In this document: positions 16,446 through 26,900 of the stretch, piece by piece
Layout of the letters: every line of letters begins with the position of its first letter
Position numbering within the stretch: position 1 is the first letter of the stretch
Assembly: GCA_046538485.1 (NCBI GenBank)
Contig: JBKHIT010000002.1
Location: 64,001-128,000, forward strand
From: Candidatus Brocadiia bacterium
Lineage (GTDB): Bacteria; Planctomycetota; Brocadiia; SM23-32
Length of the DNA: 64,000 nucleotides
Direction of reading: 5' to 3'
Made by a program: the position numbers and the translations under genes
The notes under the pieces: generated by a model
What the model was told of the DNA's origin: nothing
The model's input: only the letters and a program-made list of their open reading frames with translations
Databases searched by the model: none

Positions 16446-19007
16446 ATGAGTTTTCTTTATCCACTTATGCTGGCCGGAATCGCTGGGATTGCGGTGCCGG
16501 TGATCCTGCATCTCATAGCGCGGCACCGATTTCCTGTCCAGGATTTTCCGTCCATCCGCCTGCTTCAGGCTGAAAAACGTGCGAACGTTTTTGCGTTTAA
16601 GCTGGTTGATAAAGCTCAGCTGTTGCTCAGGGCGCTTTTGCTTCTCCTGCTGGCCCTTGCGATGGCTCGGCCATTTTTGAATACGGCGAAAGACGAACCA
16701 CCTCCGTTCAACCGCGTTGTCGTGCTCGATTGCTCTTCCAGTATGAAGATGACTGCAGAAAATGCGAGTGGGGGAGCAGCGCGACCGGCAAGCCTGATGG
16801 AAGTGGCAAAGAACAGGGGGACGGAATTGCTAAGCGAAGTCGAAGAGCCTGGCCATTCGGCCTGCGTTCTGGCCGGCCGTGTGCTGGAGCAGGATGGAAA
16901 TACAAGAAGCAAGGTGGGCTCACTGTTACCGGGACATGCCGAATCTGTGCCGATCGTGCAAATGGCGGAGGCAATTGATGGCGAAGGTGAAGGACTCGTG
17001 TCGGCTTTAGGGAGAGCATGCGGATTGCTCCAGGGGCGGCACGAAATACGATCGCAAATTGTGGTTCTATCCGATATGCGTCGTTCGGCTTTTGCCGCTC
17101 GTAATCAAGCCAATATTGAGAAAATAAGACGGGTCGAAAAAGAACTGGGCGATCGGCTGGATGTTGTTTTCGTTGATGTCCGCGCGGAACCACAGTCGAA
17201 TTTCGGACTCCTGGATGGTTACGTCCGGGGCGGAGCGGGCCAGGTGGGCGAAGATGCCCATATCGTTGCGCGAATTGAACATTTCACTGATCGTATAGAA
17301 GAGCCTGAAGAAAGGGGAGATTCTAATGCTGAGAGCAAGAAACCGGGTTCAGGGAAGACGATACACGCTCGGCTGCGAATCGGACAGCAGAAAGAACCGT
17401 TTGTCCGCGAAATAGCTCTCCAACCGGGATCACAGGCCGTTGTAGATATGACGACACGGGTAAACAAAGCGGTCGAAACCTTCGCTCAGGTCTATCTGCA
17501 GGACCCCGACGGAGTTGCAAGCCCCGACGCTATGTCGGAAGACGACCGGTTTGCTGTTCCCCTGGAGGTTGCGGATGTGCTGCGGGTGTTAATTATCGAT
17601 GGAACGGCTGCCGAAAAGGATACCAAAAGCGAAGTAGAAAAAGCAGATGGCGGTGTAATGACTGGTGGGCTTGGAGGGGATATGCACGGTGCCCCGCATT
17701 CTGAAGAAGAGAGCGATGGGGAATCGATCAGTGGAGTGCGAATTTTGCAGTATGTTCTCAACCCCGCTCGCGAACTGGGGCGAAGGGGGGGAACAGGTAT
17801 AAATGCCAGCGTGGTGACGCTGGACGGTTTAGCGAACCAGCCGCTGAGTAAATACCAAATTATTTGTCTTTATGATGTCAGTAGTCTTTCGGCACAGGCC
17901 TTATCGGACTTGGAGACATTTACAAAACAGGGTGGGGCGTTGCTTCTGATCGTAGCGGAAAATTGCAACCCGATGAAGTTTAATCGGACTTTGGCGTCGG
18001 CGGGGGCCGCTAATGCTGAAGCCGATGGGCGAGGGATGATTGCGCCGGCTCGGGTTGGGAACGAGAGAACTCTTAAATCTCCCGTAGGTGTTGCGCTAGG
18101 TTCGGAAAGTATGACCGAGCTCCATCCCGTGTTGGCGCCATTCCGGGATCAACGTCGGGGCGATCTTTCTGTGGTGAGATTTTCGAAGTTGCGGAAGTTG
18201 CGTGGGCTTGCGCGCGGCGCGGAAGTGATTGTTCAAAGCGAACCGCTGGGAGAAGGAAAACGGGGCATTCCATTAGTCGTGGAGCGAGACATCGGTGACG
18301 GCCGGGTGGTACTGCTGACATTCGGTTTCGAACTCGACCGCGGCAACGTTGCGCGGACGCGTGTTTTCCCCGTCCTTATGTGGCGGATTGTGGATTATCT
18401 CACAAAAAACCTCGAGCGGAAACCGCCTGATATTCTCACCGCTATGAGGCCTGCTGTACTGGATGTTTCCGAGCCGCGGTTTGCGTTCGTTGATGAAGTG
18501 GAGCTGGTCCCAGTTAAAGTTGCCAGAGAAAAATCGGCGGAAAAGAACGGCGAAAATGGGGATGTGAATCTGTCCGTGCAAAAAGAACGCGAAACGTCTT
18601 TAGCTGAACCGCTGATCTTGCCGATTGCGGAGGATCGGACGGTGTTAGTGCCGGCTATCCCGACGGGTTTGTATCGATTACAAAAAGTCCGAACGAACGG
18701 CGGAACTTCGATGTTCAGCGCCCGTTCTCGTTACGTCACCGTCAATCCCGACCCCGCTGAGAGCGATCTGGATCTGGTTTCCGGAGAAGATCTTAACGAG
18801 ATCGCGGGGGAAAGTTGGTCCCGCCTGCAGGTAGGTGAAACACTGAGTTTTGCTCCGGAAGGATGGGAAGCCTGGAAATGGCTGGTGCTGGCGCTGGTGG
18901 TTCTTTATGCTGGCGAAGGATTTGTCGGGTGGTGGCTGAGTGCCCGAAGAGAAAAAGAACGAGCCGATGAATTACCGTCTTTTAACGGAGAAGGAACGGA
19001 AGCATGA
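16446..19007 (+). CDS. BatA N-terminal double-TM domain + VWA + GATase-like membrane protein
   Basis: MSFLYPLMLAG..PVILHL..FPSIRLL..LLLRALLLLLLALAMARP (BatA), DCSSSM, VLSD, VNPDPAESDL and a C-terminal TM helix. Confidence 0.88.
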   Translation: MSFLYPLMLAGIAGIAVPVILHLIARHRFPVQDFPSIRLLQAEKRANVFAFKLVDKAQLLLRALLLLLLALAMARPFLNTAKDEPPPFNRVVVLDCSSSMKMTAENASGGAARPASLMEVAKNRGTELLSEVEEPGHSACVLAGRVLEQDGNTRSKVGSLLPGHAESVPIVQMAEAIDGEGEGLVSALGRACGLLQGRHEIRSQIVVLSDMRRSAFAARNQANIEKIRRVEKELGDRLDVVFVDVRAEPQSNFGLLDGYVRGGAGQVGEDAHIVARIEHFTDRIEEPEERGDSNAESKKPGSGKTIHARLRIGQQKEPFVREIALQPGSQAVVDMTTRVNKAVETFAQVYLQDPDGVASPDAMSEDDRFAVPLEVADVLRVLIIDGTAAEKDTKSEVEKADGGVMTGGLGGDMHGAPHSEEESDGESISGVRILQYVLNPARELGRRGGTGINASVVTLDGLANQPLSKYQIICLYDVSSLSAQALSDLETFTKQGGALLLIVAENCNPMKFNRTLASAGAANAEADGRGMIAPARVGNERTLKSPVGVALGSESMTELHPVLAPFRDQRRGDLSVVRFSKLRKLRGLARGAEVIVQSEPLGEGKRGIPLVVERDIGDGRVVLLTFGFELDRGNVARTRVFPVLMWRIVDYLTKNLERKPPDILTAMRPAVLDVSEPRFAFVDEVELVPVKVAREKSAEKNGENGDVNLSVQKERETSLAEPLILPIAEDRTVLVPAIPTGLYRLQKVRTNGGTSMFSARSRYVTVNPDPAESDLDLVSGEDLNEIAGESWSRLQVGETLSFAPEGWEAWKWLVLALVVLYAGEGFVGWWLSARREKERADELPSFNGEGTEA

Positions 19008-21271
19008 ACGTTATCTACTGGCTACTGGGACTTCGCGATCCCGGCTCAGTTTTAAAGATAACTGAATGGGCCTGGTATGCGGCCAGTTCGCCCGCTCTCT
19101 TGCTTCTTGTTGTAATAACCATTGTGGCACTGGCCGTTGCCGCCCTTAATTTGCTGCCCCAAAATGTCATGCCGTGGACTACCCGTTTCTCATTAACGTT
19201 AATGCGTATCGCGGGATTTGCGCTACTTGTGCTGATGCTGGCGCAGGTTGAACTCGGACTCACCGTTCACCGTGAAGCGCGCCCCCGGGTGGCAATGTTG
19301 ACAGATATTTCGGGGAGTATGTCGATTAAGGATGGAGGCGGCGAAGAATCGCGTCTGTGGGCGGCCAATGCTTTCGCAAATGAAAAGGTCTCCAGGCTTG
19401 CCGAACAAGCGGATGTTGCCCGTTACTCTTTCAACTGGCAGGTAACTTCAGACGAAGAAAACCAGGGGGAGGGTAATGGCACAACACACCTTATCGAGGC
19501 CATCGAAGAAGTGGCGAGGCGGGAGAAAAGCGTCGATGCGCTCATTTTGCTGACCGACGGACACGATACGGTGGGAAATACTGGCCGACGTCTGTCGCGT
19601 CTCCTGGCGGCCCGCGGGCTTCCCGTCTATCCGGTAATTTTCGGGAAATCGGAAAAACCTCGGATTGCGCGCGTGAGAGTGACGGAGGGCGCGAATTATG
19701 TGAGGCTGGGCGACGAAACCCGTTTGGCTGCGAGGGTCACCTCGGAAGGTGTTCGTGGGCAGACGGTGGCCGTGCACCTGTTCGAGGAGGGCAAAGAAAA
19801 ACCAGTAGCCAGCCGCGAGAACGTGCGAATTGGAAAGGGACCCGTTGAGGTCAATTTTGTTGTCCAGCCAACTGAACCGGGTCCACGAACGTATCGCATC
19901 GTTTTGAAGGGCGTCCGCGAATCGGTGAGTGAACGGACGCTTGTCGCAACACATCGCTTGAACGTGATCGACAAAAAGATCCGTGTGCTGTATGTCGACA
20001 TCCCACGGGATGAACGCAAAATTTTGGGACACTGGCTCACTCTTGATCCCGTAGTTGATTTTGCTGCGCTGACATTGATGCCGAAAGGGGGATGGTATGG
20101 GCAGGGAGCCCTTCAACACGAAGACGTGGGAGCCGGACTTCCGAACAAAGAAGCGGATTTGTATAAATACGATGTGATCCTTTTCGGCGATATCCCGCGC
20201 AGTTATTTTCGGCATGGGGGCGACGTAGCGGAGACCAAAATGCGCCGTCTGGTGGAATTTGTGAGCCGCCGGGGAGGTGGCATTGTGACTCTTGGCGGGC
20301 GCGATGTATACGCGGCTGGCGGTTACGAGGATTCTCCGCTTGCGCGTATTTTGCCATTCCGCATTGAACCCACCAAAGAGCCCCAGATCAAAGGCGAATT
20401 TTCGGCACAACCCACAGCGATCGGTTTCAGCCACCCAATAATGCAACTTGAATGGCATCCCCGAGAAAACCGGGATGTTTGGTACGGTCTGGCCCGGCTG
20501 AACGGCTGTAATCGGGTCGGGGAGTTGAAACCAAGTGCCACTTTGCTTGCAGAACGAAAACTAGAGAATGAGACATTTCCGGTCATTGCCATTCACAATG
20601 TGGGGAAGGGGAAAGTTCTTGGAATGACCTGCGATACGACCTGGAGGTGGGAGATGATGCGCCCCCCCGACAGCGAAGATTATTTTCGAAAGTTCTGGGG
20701 TAACGTGGTCCGATATCTCGCCCCCGATCCTCGCCTTTCACCTCACCGACCACAGATAATGCGATACCAATCGCGGGCAGCGGTGGGAGAACGAGTTACC
20801 CTTGCAACGCGCCTTGTCAATGATGTTTATGAGCCGGTGCGCAACGCGGATCTGCTTGTGAAAGTGCGCCACCCATCGGGAAGCTTAACAAAGATATATC
20901 CGCGGGATGGGCGGGATAGCCCGGGACTCTACGAATATGAAATTGATGTCGATGAACCCGGCATCTGGACGGTGGAAACTGTTTACAATGACGCAACGAC
21001 AACCGAGAAAATCAGGGCCGGGGAGAGTACGGAAGAGATGGAGGACCCGACAGCGAAACCAGACGCCATGAATCAGTTTGCCCGCACTACCGGGGGAAAA
21101 GCGTTTACTCCACAGGAAAGTGAGGATTTGCTGAATGCCCTGGATCTTGAGAGGCGAGAGTACGTTCAGCGACCTGTTGTTGCGGTCTGGAACCTCCCCA
21201 TTGTGCTGCTGGCACTTCTGGGATTAGTGTGTATGGATTGTTTCATCCGGAAGCGACGGGGGATGGTGTAA
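19004..21271 (+). CDS. Membrane protein with VWA, Ig-like and glutamine-amidotransferase-like (DUF1355-type) domains
   Basis: Two N-terminal TMs, DISGSM, LLTDG, YDVILFGD, GGGIVTLGG, DTTWRW and a C-terminal TM ending RKRRGMV. ATGA overlap with the previous gene. Confidence 0.85.
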   Translation: MNVIYWLLGLRDPGSVLKITEWAWYAASSPALLLLVVITIVALAVAALNLLPQNVMPWTTRFSLTLMRIAGFALLVLMLAQVELGLTVHREARPRVAMLTDISGSMSIKDGGGEESRLWAANAFANEKVSRLAEQADVARYSFNWQVTSDEENQGEGNGTTHLIEAIEEVARREKSVDALILLTDGHDTVGNTGRRLSRLLAARGLPVYPVIFGKSEKPRIARVRVTEGANYVRLGDETRLAARVTSEGVRGQTVAVHLFEEGKEKPVASRENVRIGKGPVEVNFVVQPTEPGPRTYRIVLKGVRESVSERTLVATHRLNVIDKKIRVLYVDIPRDERKILGHWLTLDPVVDFAALTLMPKGGWYGQGALQHEDVGAGLPNKEADLYKYDVILFGDIPRSYFRHGGDVAETKMRRLVEFVSRRGGGIVTLGGRDVYAAGGYEDSPLARILPFRIEPTKEPQIKGEFSAQPTAIGFSHPIMQLEWHPRENRDVWYGLARLNGCNRVGELKPSATLLAERKLENETFPVIAIHNVGKGKVLGMTCDTTWRWEMMRPPDSEDYFRKFWGNVVRYLAPDPRLSPHRPQIMRYQSRAAVGERVTLATRLVNDVYEPVRNADLLVKVRHPSGSLTKIYPRDGRDSPGLYEYEIDVDEPGIWTVETVYNDATTTEKIRAGESTEEMEDPTAKPDAMNQFARTTGGKAFTPQESEDLLNALDLERREYVQRPVVAVWNLPIVLLALLGLVCMDCFIRKRRGMV

Positions 21272-23113
21272 ATGGCCAAACGATCAGGACAGCAGGGAAC
21301 GAAAGAAACGCGGGAATCCCTGCGTTCCCTGATGGATGGGCTCCGGGGTTTCGGCCGGTTCCGCAAAAAATGGCGCATTTTGGAAGGCCTCGGACGGGCC
21401 CTGGTTGTGGGGCCTGCGCTCCTTTTCTTGTGGTTTATCGTCGATTGCATCTTTAGGCTGCCTGCGTGGCCTCTCTTCCTCCTATTTGTTCTGGTATGTC
21501 TTGGCTGGTTGCTCGGTATTATCCGGTGGTTTGTGTGGCCGCTTTTTGGCAAGATCGACCCGGAACGGGAAGCGTTACAGGTAGAAAAACTGCATGGCAA
21601 TATGGACAACCGTCTCATCGGCGCTCTCCAGCTTGGCGAAGAAGTCCAGGAGAGTGAACGAACCGGGCACCGGTTAGGCTATTCCAAAGGGCTTGCGCGG
21701 GCTTTTGTGCGTCGGATATCTCGAATGTGGCCAAAACTCGAAGCACGACAGTTCGTCGACCTGAGATCTGCCAAACGATGGTTCGGAGCGATATGGCTTG
21801 TTGTGCTGATCGCCGGAGGCTGTTTTTTCCTCGGGCGCGATGCCGTGACGAATCGAGTCAACAGGCTCCGACTGGCTTATGCGACGGTCCTCGACACGAT
21901 TTTCCCTGTCAAACTCGTAGCACATCCGGGCAACATAAAGCTCGTTACAGGGGAATCGGTCGATTTGTCCGTCGAAGCTAAAGGTGCGCGACGGCCTGAA
22001 ATCGAGTTGATCATGACTGATCAAAACGGGAAAAATCCCCGAAGCGAGATGCTCGAACTCAAGGAGCATAAAGCCCGGTTTAAAATCGAAAAGGCGGCGG
22101 AGTCTTTCAGATATACATTCCGCTACGGACGACAGGAAACCGAACAGTATACGGCACTCGTGGCGGATCTGCCCCGGCTGGAAGCTATTAATTACGAATT
22201 GATGTATCCCGCTTATACCGGCCAGCCGCCTCGAACACTTGTGGGACGCGTGCCCCGATTGCGAGCCCTGGAGGGCACGCGTGTACTGGTAAGTTTCGCA
22301 ACGACATCTCCGCTGAATCGCGATCTTTCGCACGTGGAATGGCAAACGGGCGTTCGACAACCCATATCCATCCGGGGCCGGTTTGGCCATTTCTCATTTG
22401 TTCTAGAGCAGCCCGACCGTGCTAAGATCTATCTTTTCGGGATGCACGGGAAGAAATTCCGAATGGAAAAGACGCCGAGTTTTGAAATTGCGGTTCGACC
22501 TGATGAAAGCCCATCGGTCAGAGCCCTGCTGCGGAAGAAGAAACAGACGATGCTTGCTGAGCAGGCGACGGCTTTCGCGCTCGGTTATGCAGCAGAAGAT
22601 GATTTTGGCGTCTCGGAAATAGTGTTGAGATATAAGATCGAGGGTATTGATGAGTTTTTGAATCGGCCGACGCGGGAAAATGAGGTTACGCGGAAAATCG
22701 ATCCGCCCCGCGACAAGATCAGAGGAAGGTTTGCAAAAGTATTCGAAGCCGTGGAACCACCTCTTGCGCCCGGAGATCGCATTCGAATGACGATTCTGGC
22801 GCGGGATAACAATACGGAAACAGGACCGGGGCTCGGTAAAAGTCAGCCCATTGAAATTGTTGTGGTTCGACCGGATCTGGCGAAGTTTACCGAAAAGGAA
22901 TTCGCTTTTGGCGGACGAAGTTTGCTCGGCGAATTGCACAAAGTAAAACGCAGCACAAATTTGCTTGTCCAACCTGAACGGAGTGTGCGAAAAGAAAAGC
23001 AACACGAAGTTGAACCAAGGGAACTGGAAGCCAGACTGAATCCAGAATCGTGGCCCAGCGGGGCTGAAGATTCCGTAGGCGATTATTTCCGGCTTCTGTC
23101 GGAGGAGGAATAA
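21272..23113 (+). CDS. DUF4175-like membrane protein with Ig-like domains
   Basis: Three N-terminal TMs, DNRLIGALQL, YPAYTG, AEDDFGVSEI, ARDNN and C-terminal DYFRLL. Start abuts the previous stop (TAAATG). Confidence 0.75.
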   Translation: MAKRSGQQGTKETRESLRSLMDGLRGFGRFRKKWRILEGLGRALVVGPALLFLWFIVDCIFRLPAWPLFLLFVLVCLGWLLGIIRWFVWPLFGKIDPEREALQVEKLHGNMDNRLIGALQLGEEVQESERTGHRLGYSKGLARAFVRRISRMWPKLEARQFVDLRSAKRWFGAIWLVVLIAGGCFFLGRDAVTNRVNRLRLAYATVLDTIFPVKLVAHPGNIKLVTGESVDLSVEAKGARRPEIELIMTDQNGKNPRSEMLELKEHKARFKIEKAAESFRYTFRYGRQETEQYTALVADLPRLEAINYELMYPAYTGQPPRTLVGRVPRLRALEGTRVLVSFATTSPLNRDLSHVEWQTGVRQPISIRGRFGHFSFVLEQPDRAKIYLFGMHGKKFRMEKTPSFEIAVRPDESPSVRALLRKKKQTMLAEQATAFALGYAAEDDFGVSEIVLRYKIEGIDEFLNRPTRENEVTRKIDPPRDKIRGRFAKVFEAVEPPLAPGDRIRMTILARDNNTETGPGLGKSQPIEIVVVRPDLAKFTEKEFAFGGRSLLGELHKVKRSTNLLVQPERSVRKEKQHEVEPRELEARLNPESWPSGAEDSVGDYFRLLSEEE

Positions 23114-23947
23114 ATGCGAGGTAAAAATAGCCATTACTCTGTCTTTCTTCGGTTGCTGACAATGTTGGCTGTAATCAGTCTCGTGACGGTGTCACGTAGC
23201 TTACGTGCCTCCTGGGCGGAACGTGCCGGGAAAATGAATAGAACGAAGCTTTCGGAACAAGAGGCACGGGCGAAGAGCGAGAAGGGCCAGCAGGAACGCA
23301 GAAACAAGCTGGCTATGCGTCGGATCAACCCCTCAATGGAAGGTGTTGACTGGAATGCTGACCCTACCGCAATCCCTTATATGCTCTACCAGGTGAACAA
23401 ACGAACCGATCTGCCTGTTTACGTCGATAATGACGGCCTCAAGGTGGCTACTGATGAGCTGTTCGAGTTTACCATCGTTTATCTTACCTCTCACACCCGC
23501 TGGTCGTTCAATGAAAAGGAAACGGCCAATATGCAACGGTTTTTGCGTCGTGGTGGGACATTGTTGCTGGATGATTGTTATAACCGGGGAAGTGCATTTA
23601 CCGATAGCGTTCGGCCGGAGGTGGCAAAGATGATCCCCGGTGCGGAACCGACAATGCTTTTGAAAGACGATTCCCGCGTGGAAGATGTATTCCGGATGGT
23701 GTATGAAACACCGTGGCCGGGGGAAGCAGGTCGGTTTCCCAACAAACCTTGGCAGTATTTTCTGCTGGACGGGCGTCCGGCGGTATTTTTCAGCCCCAAT
23801 GACGATGGTTGCGGCTGGGAAGTTTCAACTCCCCCGACGGCTTCAAACCCTATCGGTGAGGGAATCGGGCATGGAGGAGATAACCGACAACGAGAACTTA
23901 TGTATCAGTGGGCAACAAACTGGATGCTTTATGCTTACACACACTGA
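23114..23947 (+). CDS. DUF4159 domain-containing exported protein
   Basis: DWNADPTA, YLTSH, FLRRGGTLLLDDC and GRPAVFFSPNDDGCGWE. N-terminal hydrophobic segment. TAAATG coupling. Confidence 0.85.
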   Translation: MRGKNSHYSVFLRLLTMLAVISLVTVSRSLRASWAERAGKMNRTKLSEQEARAKSEKGQQERRNKLAMRRINPSMEGVDWNADPTAIPYMLYQVNKRTDLPVYVDNDGLKVATDELFEFTIVYLTSHTRWSFNEKETANMQRFLRRGGTLLLDDCYNRGSAFTDSVRPEVAKMIPGAEPTMLLKDDSRVEDVFRMVYETPWPGEAGRFPNKPWQYFLLDGRPAVFFSPNDDGCGWEVSTPPTASNPIGEGIGHGGDNRQRELMYQWATNWMLYAYTH

Positions 23948-23973
23948 TAATTGCCTTTGGCGGACGAACAATA

Positions 23974-26900
23974 ATGAAAACAGATAAATTATTTCTGCGG
24001 GGCCGCTGGGCTGCGATTTTGTTGTGCATTCTTTGCCTGGCTCTGGTGGGAGAAGTGTCTGCTGACGAAACCGTGGAGTTGCGGCTTGTGCCTTACGACC
24101 GGCCCGATGTTACGGTGGATGAACTCGACGAAGAACGACCGATCGTTAATCCAGTGTCAACCGCTCAGGGCGTTGAGATGAGACAAGTTGGGGTAGCGGT
24201 TACCTGTTGGGCACGGAATGTGCGGCTCGATGGCCAATCTGTTTTTGAACGCTACCACGGTAGGAAGTACGTGGGACGAGTTCCGGTCGTCAAAAAGAAG
24301 CTCGAACCCGGCAAACATACAATCTGGCCGGGCGAACATACCTTTACGGTAACGGATGAAGGCGAGCTTCAATCCGGGAGCCCCGCTCTGGAGATCGAGG
24401 AGAACGTTGTTCGGATCAAATGTTATCCGGTGACGATTGAAGCGTATCAGTCTTCGGGCCCAGGCTTATCGGGGACAATGCGACAGCAGGCACTGCCGGA
24501 GATGACGCTTCGTGAGGCAGAAGATGCCTGGAGCGCGGCAGAAGATAACAAAAAGAAACCCCGGGAGTTGTTGCCTGTTTTTGAGGATTTTGCACCGCTC
24601 CGAATCTGGCTGCCACCGAATACAGCGGGTGCTGGCTATTTGCTCCATCCGGTCGGGCTCACGTTTCAGCTGGATGCCGATGGGGTGAAGGTTGGATCGG
24701 GTGAGAAAGGGAGAAAAGTTGACGGTATTAAAACGGCGAAAAATAAAATTCGCGTACCGCTGAGAGTTCATCCAGTGCGTGGTGATCAGGGAAGTGCGCT
24801 CGTGGTTCTCGGTGTGCATAAAATGGAATGGGAACGGGAAAGTGGCCTCAAAGAGGCGCGATGGTATCCGCGGCACCAGCCATACGAGGTTCAAATTGCT
24901 GAAGAAGCGCCGACAATTGAAATTGAGGGACATTTGCAGACACTGCCAATAAAAATGATGAGAGTGCGAATTGTCGACCAGCTGAGCGGGGCCCAGCAGC
25001 TGCTTGTTGCGGAGATGGAGTCACCTCACCTGATCACTCAGCAGCAATTTGTAAGCCGTATCCGGGGTGTCGATGCTCGCGGGAGCAAGCTGGACGATAA
25101 GGTTGTTTTCGGGGAAGTGCGAAGGTATGGCGAAAATGAATGGAATAAGCTCGGATTGAAAGGCCATGGCCAGGGGGAGGCGAAATTTTTTGTGCCGGAA
25201 CTTCCAACGGGCCTTTACGAATTGCGGATCGGTTTCGAAGTGGCCGAAAACGACCGTTTCGGCGTAAAAAGATGGGTGACCATCGGGCCAGAGGAGCCAC
25301 GTCCGGGAGTTGGCACGTTTACTCAAAAGGGGCGAAATGCTTTCTACCGAGGAGAAGAATTCTGGATTGGTCTTGGTGTAAGAACTCCCGGGGAGCAGAT
25401 TCCCTCCGGCCAGCGCATCGAGTTGAAATTGGAGGACGAAAATGGGCGGGAACTCTCGGTCTATGTTGGGAAGACCAAGGCACCAATTGAAGAACGAAAA
25501 ACCTATGTGGTTCGGGTTGGCGGGGAGATGAGTTTAAAACTGGCGCCGGGGAAATACCGACTCGCAGCCAAACTGGGATCTTACAGTTCCCCGGGGCGTG
25601 ATATTTCGATTGTCGAACCTGATCCGCAGACGCATTTCACGACTATGCTCAATGGAAAATATAACGTCATCGGCAAACAGTATGAGAAAGTTCTCAAGAC
25701 GTGTGAAGGCGCAGAGTTTCTGGCCCGGGAAATAAAGGAGGCCGGATATAACACGTTCATGGGAATGAGCTACAGCTTGCAGCGTCATAACCGTAAAAAT
25801 ACGGCAATCGAGCAGCTTGTGCGTGAACGACCGTCTCTGGGCCCGTGGGAAAGTTATTATCAACCCAGCGGACGCGACCGGTTTATGAACGCGGCGGTTC
25901 GCAATAACTTGAGATTTTACGAGAATATCTTCAGTCATCACGACAGCATGTTACCACGGCATAAGGCTTTTCTCGCGGCCGCCGAACGATATGCGAGCCT
26001 CGAATTAGAGTCTATGCGGCACAGCCCCGTTTTTCGGGGAGTCTGTTTGTATGATGAGTTTTATCATTCGGGGGGAGTTCATACGGCAGCGATAAAGGAT
26101 ATGTTTCTGAAAGCCCAGCAGATGGGTTTCAGGGAACGTTATGATGGTTTGACTGTGGCGGAAGCCAAGAAAGCGCTCGATCGGTTTGTCAGACGACCGC
26201 CTGGGCGTCGGCGGACGGAAGATGTGGAGAAGTACCGGCTCTGGAAAGAGCATGAGGACTGGCAATGGGAACGATTTTCCCGACGTATGAACGGAGCGAT
26301 CAAAGATGTGATGCCGTCCGCTCGGACCTTTGCTCTCCAGAGATTCGGGGGTAGTAACGGGTCAAATATCGCGCACAATGGCCCTTCGGAGAAGGTTTTT
26401 GGACCGCTGGATATCGCATCCTGTGTTATGTACAAGGACGGAGGGTTTGGGGACCGGCCGGTATTCGCCCCAATGCAGGCGGATGTACTCAGCATTCGTA
26501 AAAATATCCCCGTCTGGACGCAACTTCATTGTTTTCACGGTCCCGGGATTTACGGGCGGCATCTTCTCCGGCAGGCGTTCTTTGCACTTTCGCAAAAAGT
26601 CGAAGGGTTCAGTTTCTTTACGATCGGGTTCGATCCAGAGAACCCCCGACAACTTGATAACAGGGATACGATTCGCACGATTGCCGCTGAACTTTGCAGG
26701 CCCTACGGTGATTTCTTCATGGCTTGCGAGAAGGGCTACAAAAAGGTTGGTATTTATTACTCGCGGACGGCGGCGCACCTGAGACAAAGAAAATCTCTAA
26801 AATTGAGTTACGCATGCGAAGGGCTCTGGGTTGGGTGTATGCGGGCTGGATATCCCGCCGACTTCCTCTACGATACCGATATAATTGAGGGCCGGGGAAT

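Noticed and set aside
19448..20458. 336-aa minus-strand ORF (similarly 60927-61943, 10319-11173, 14649-15479, 7766-8584)
   Set aside because: Antisense shadows of well-supported genes, with atypical composition.
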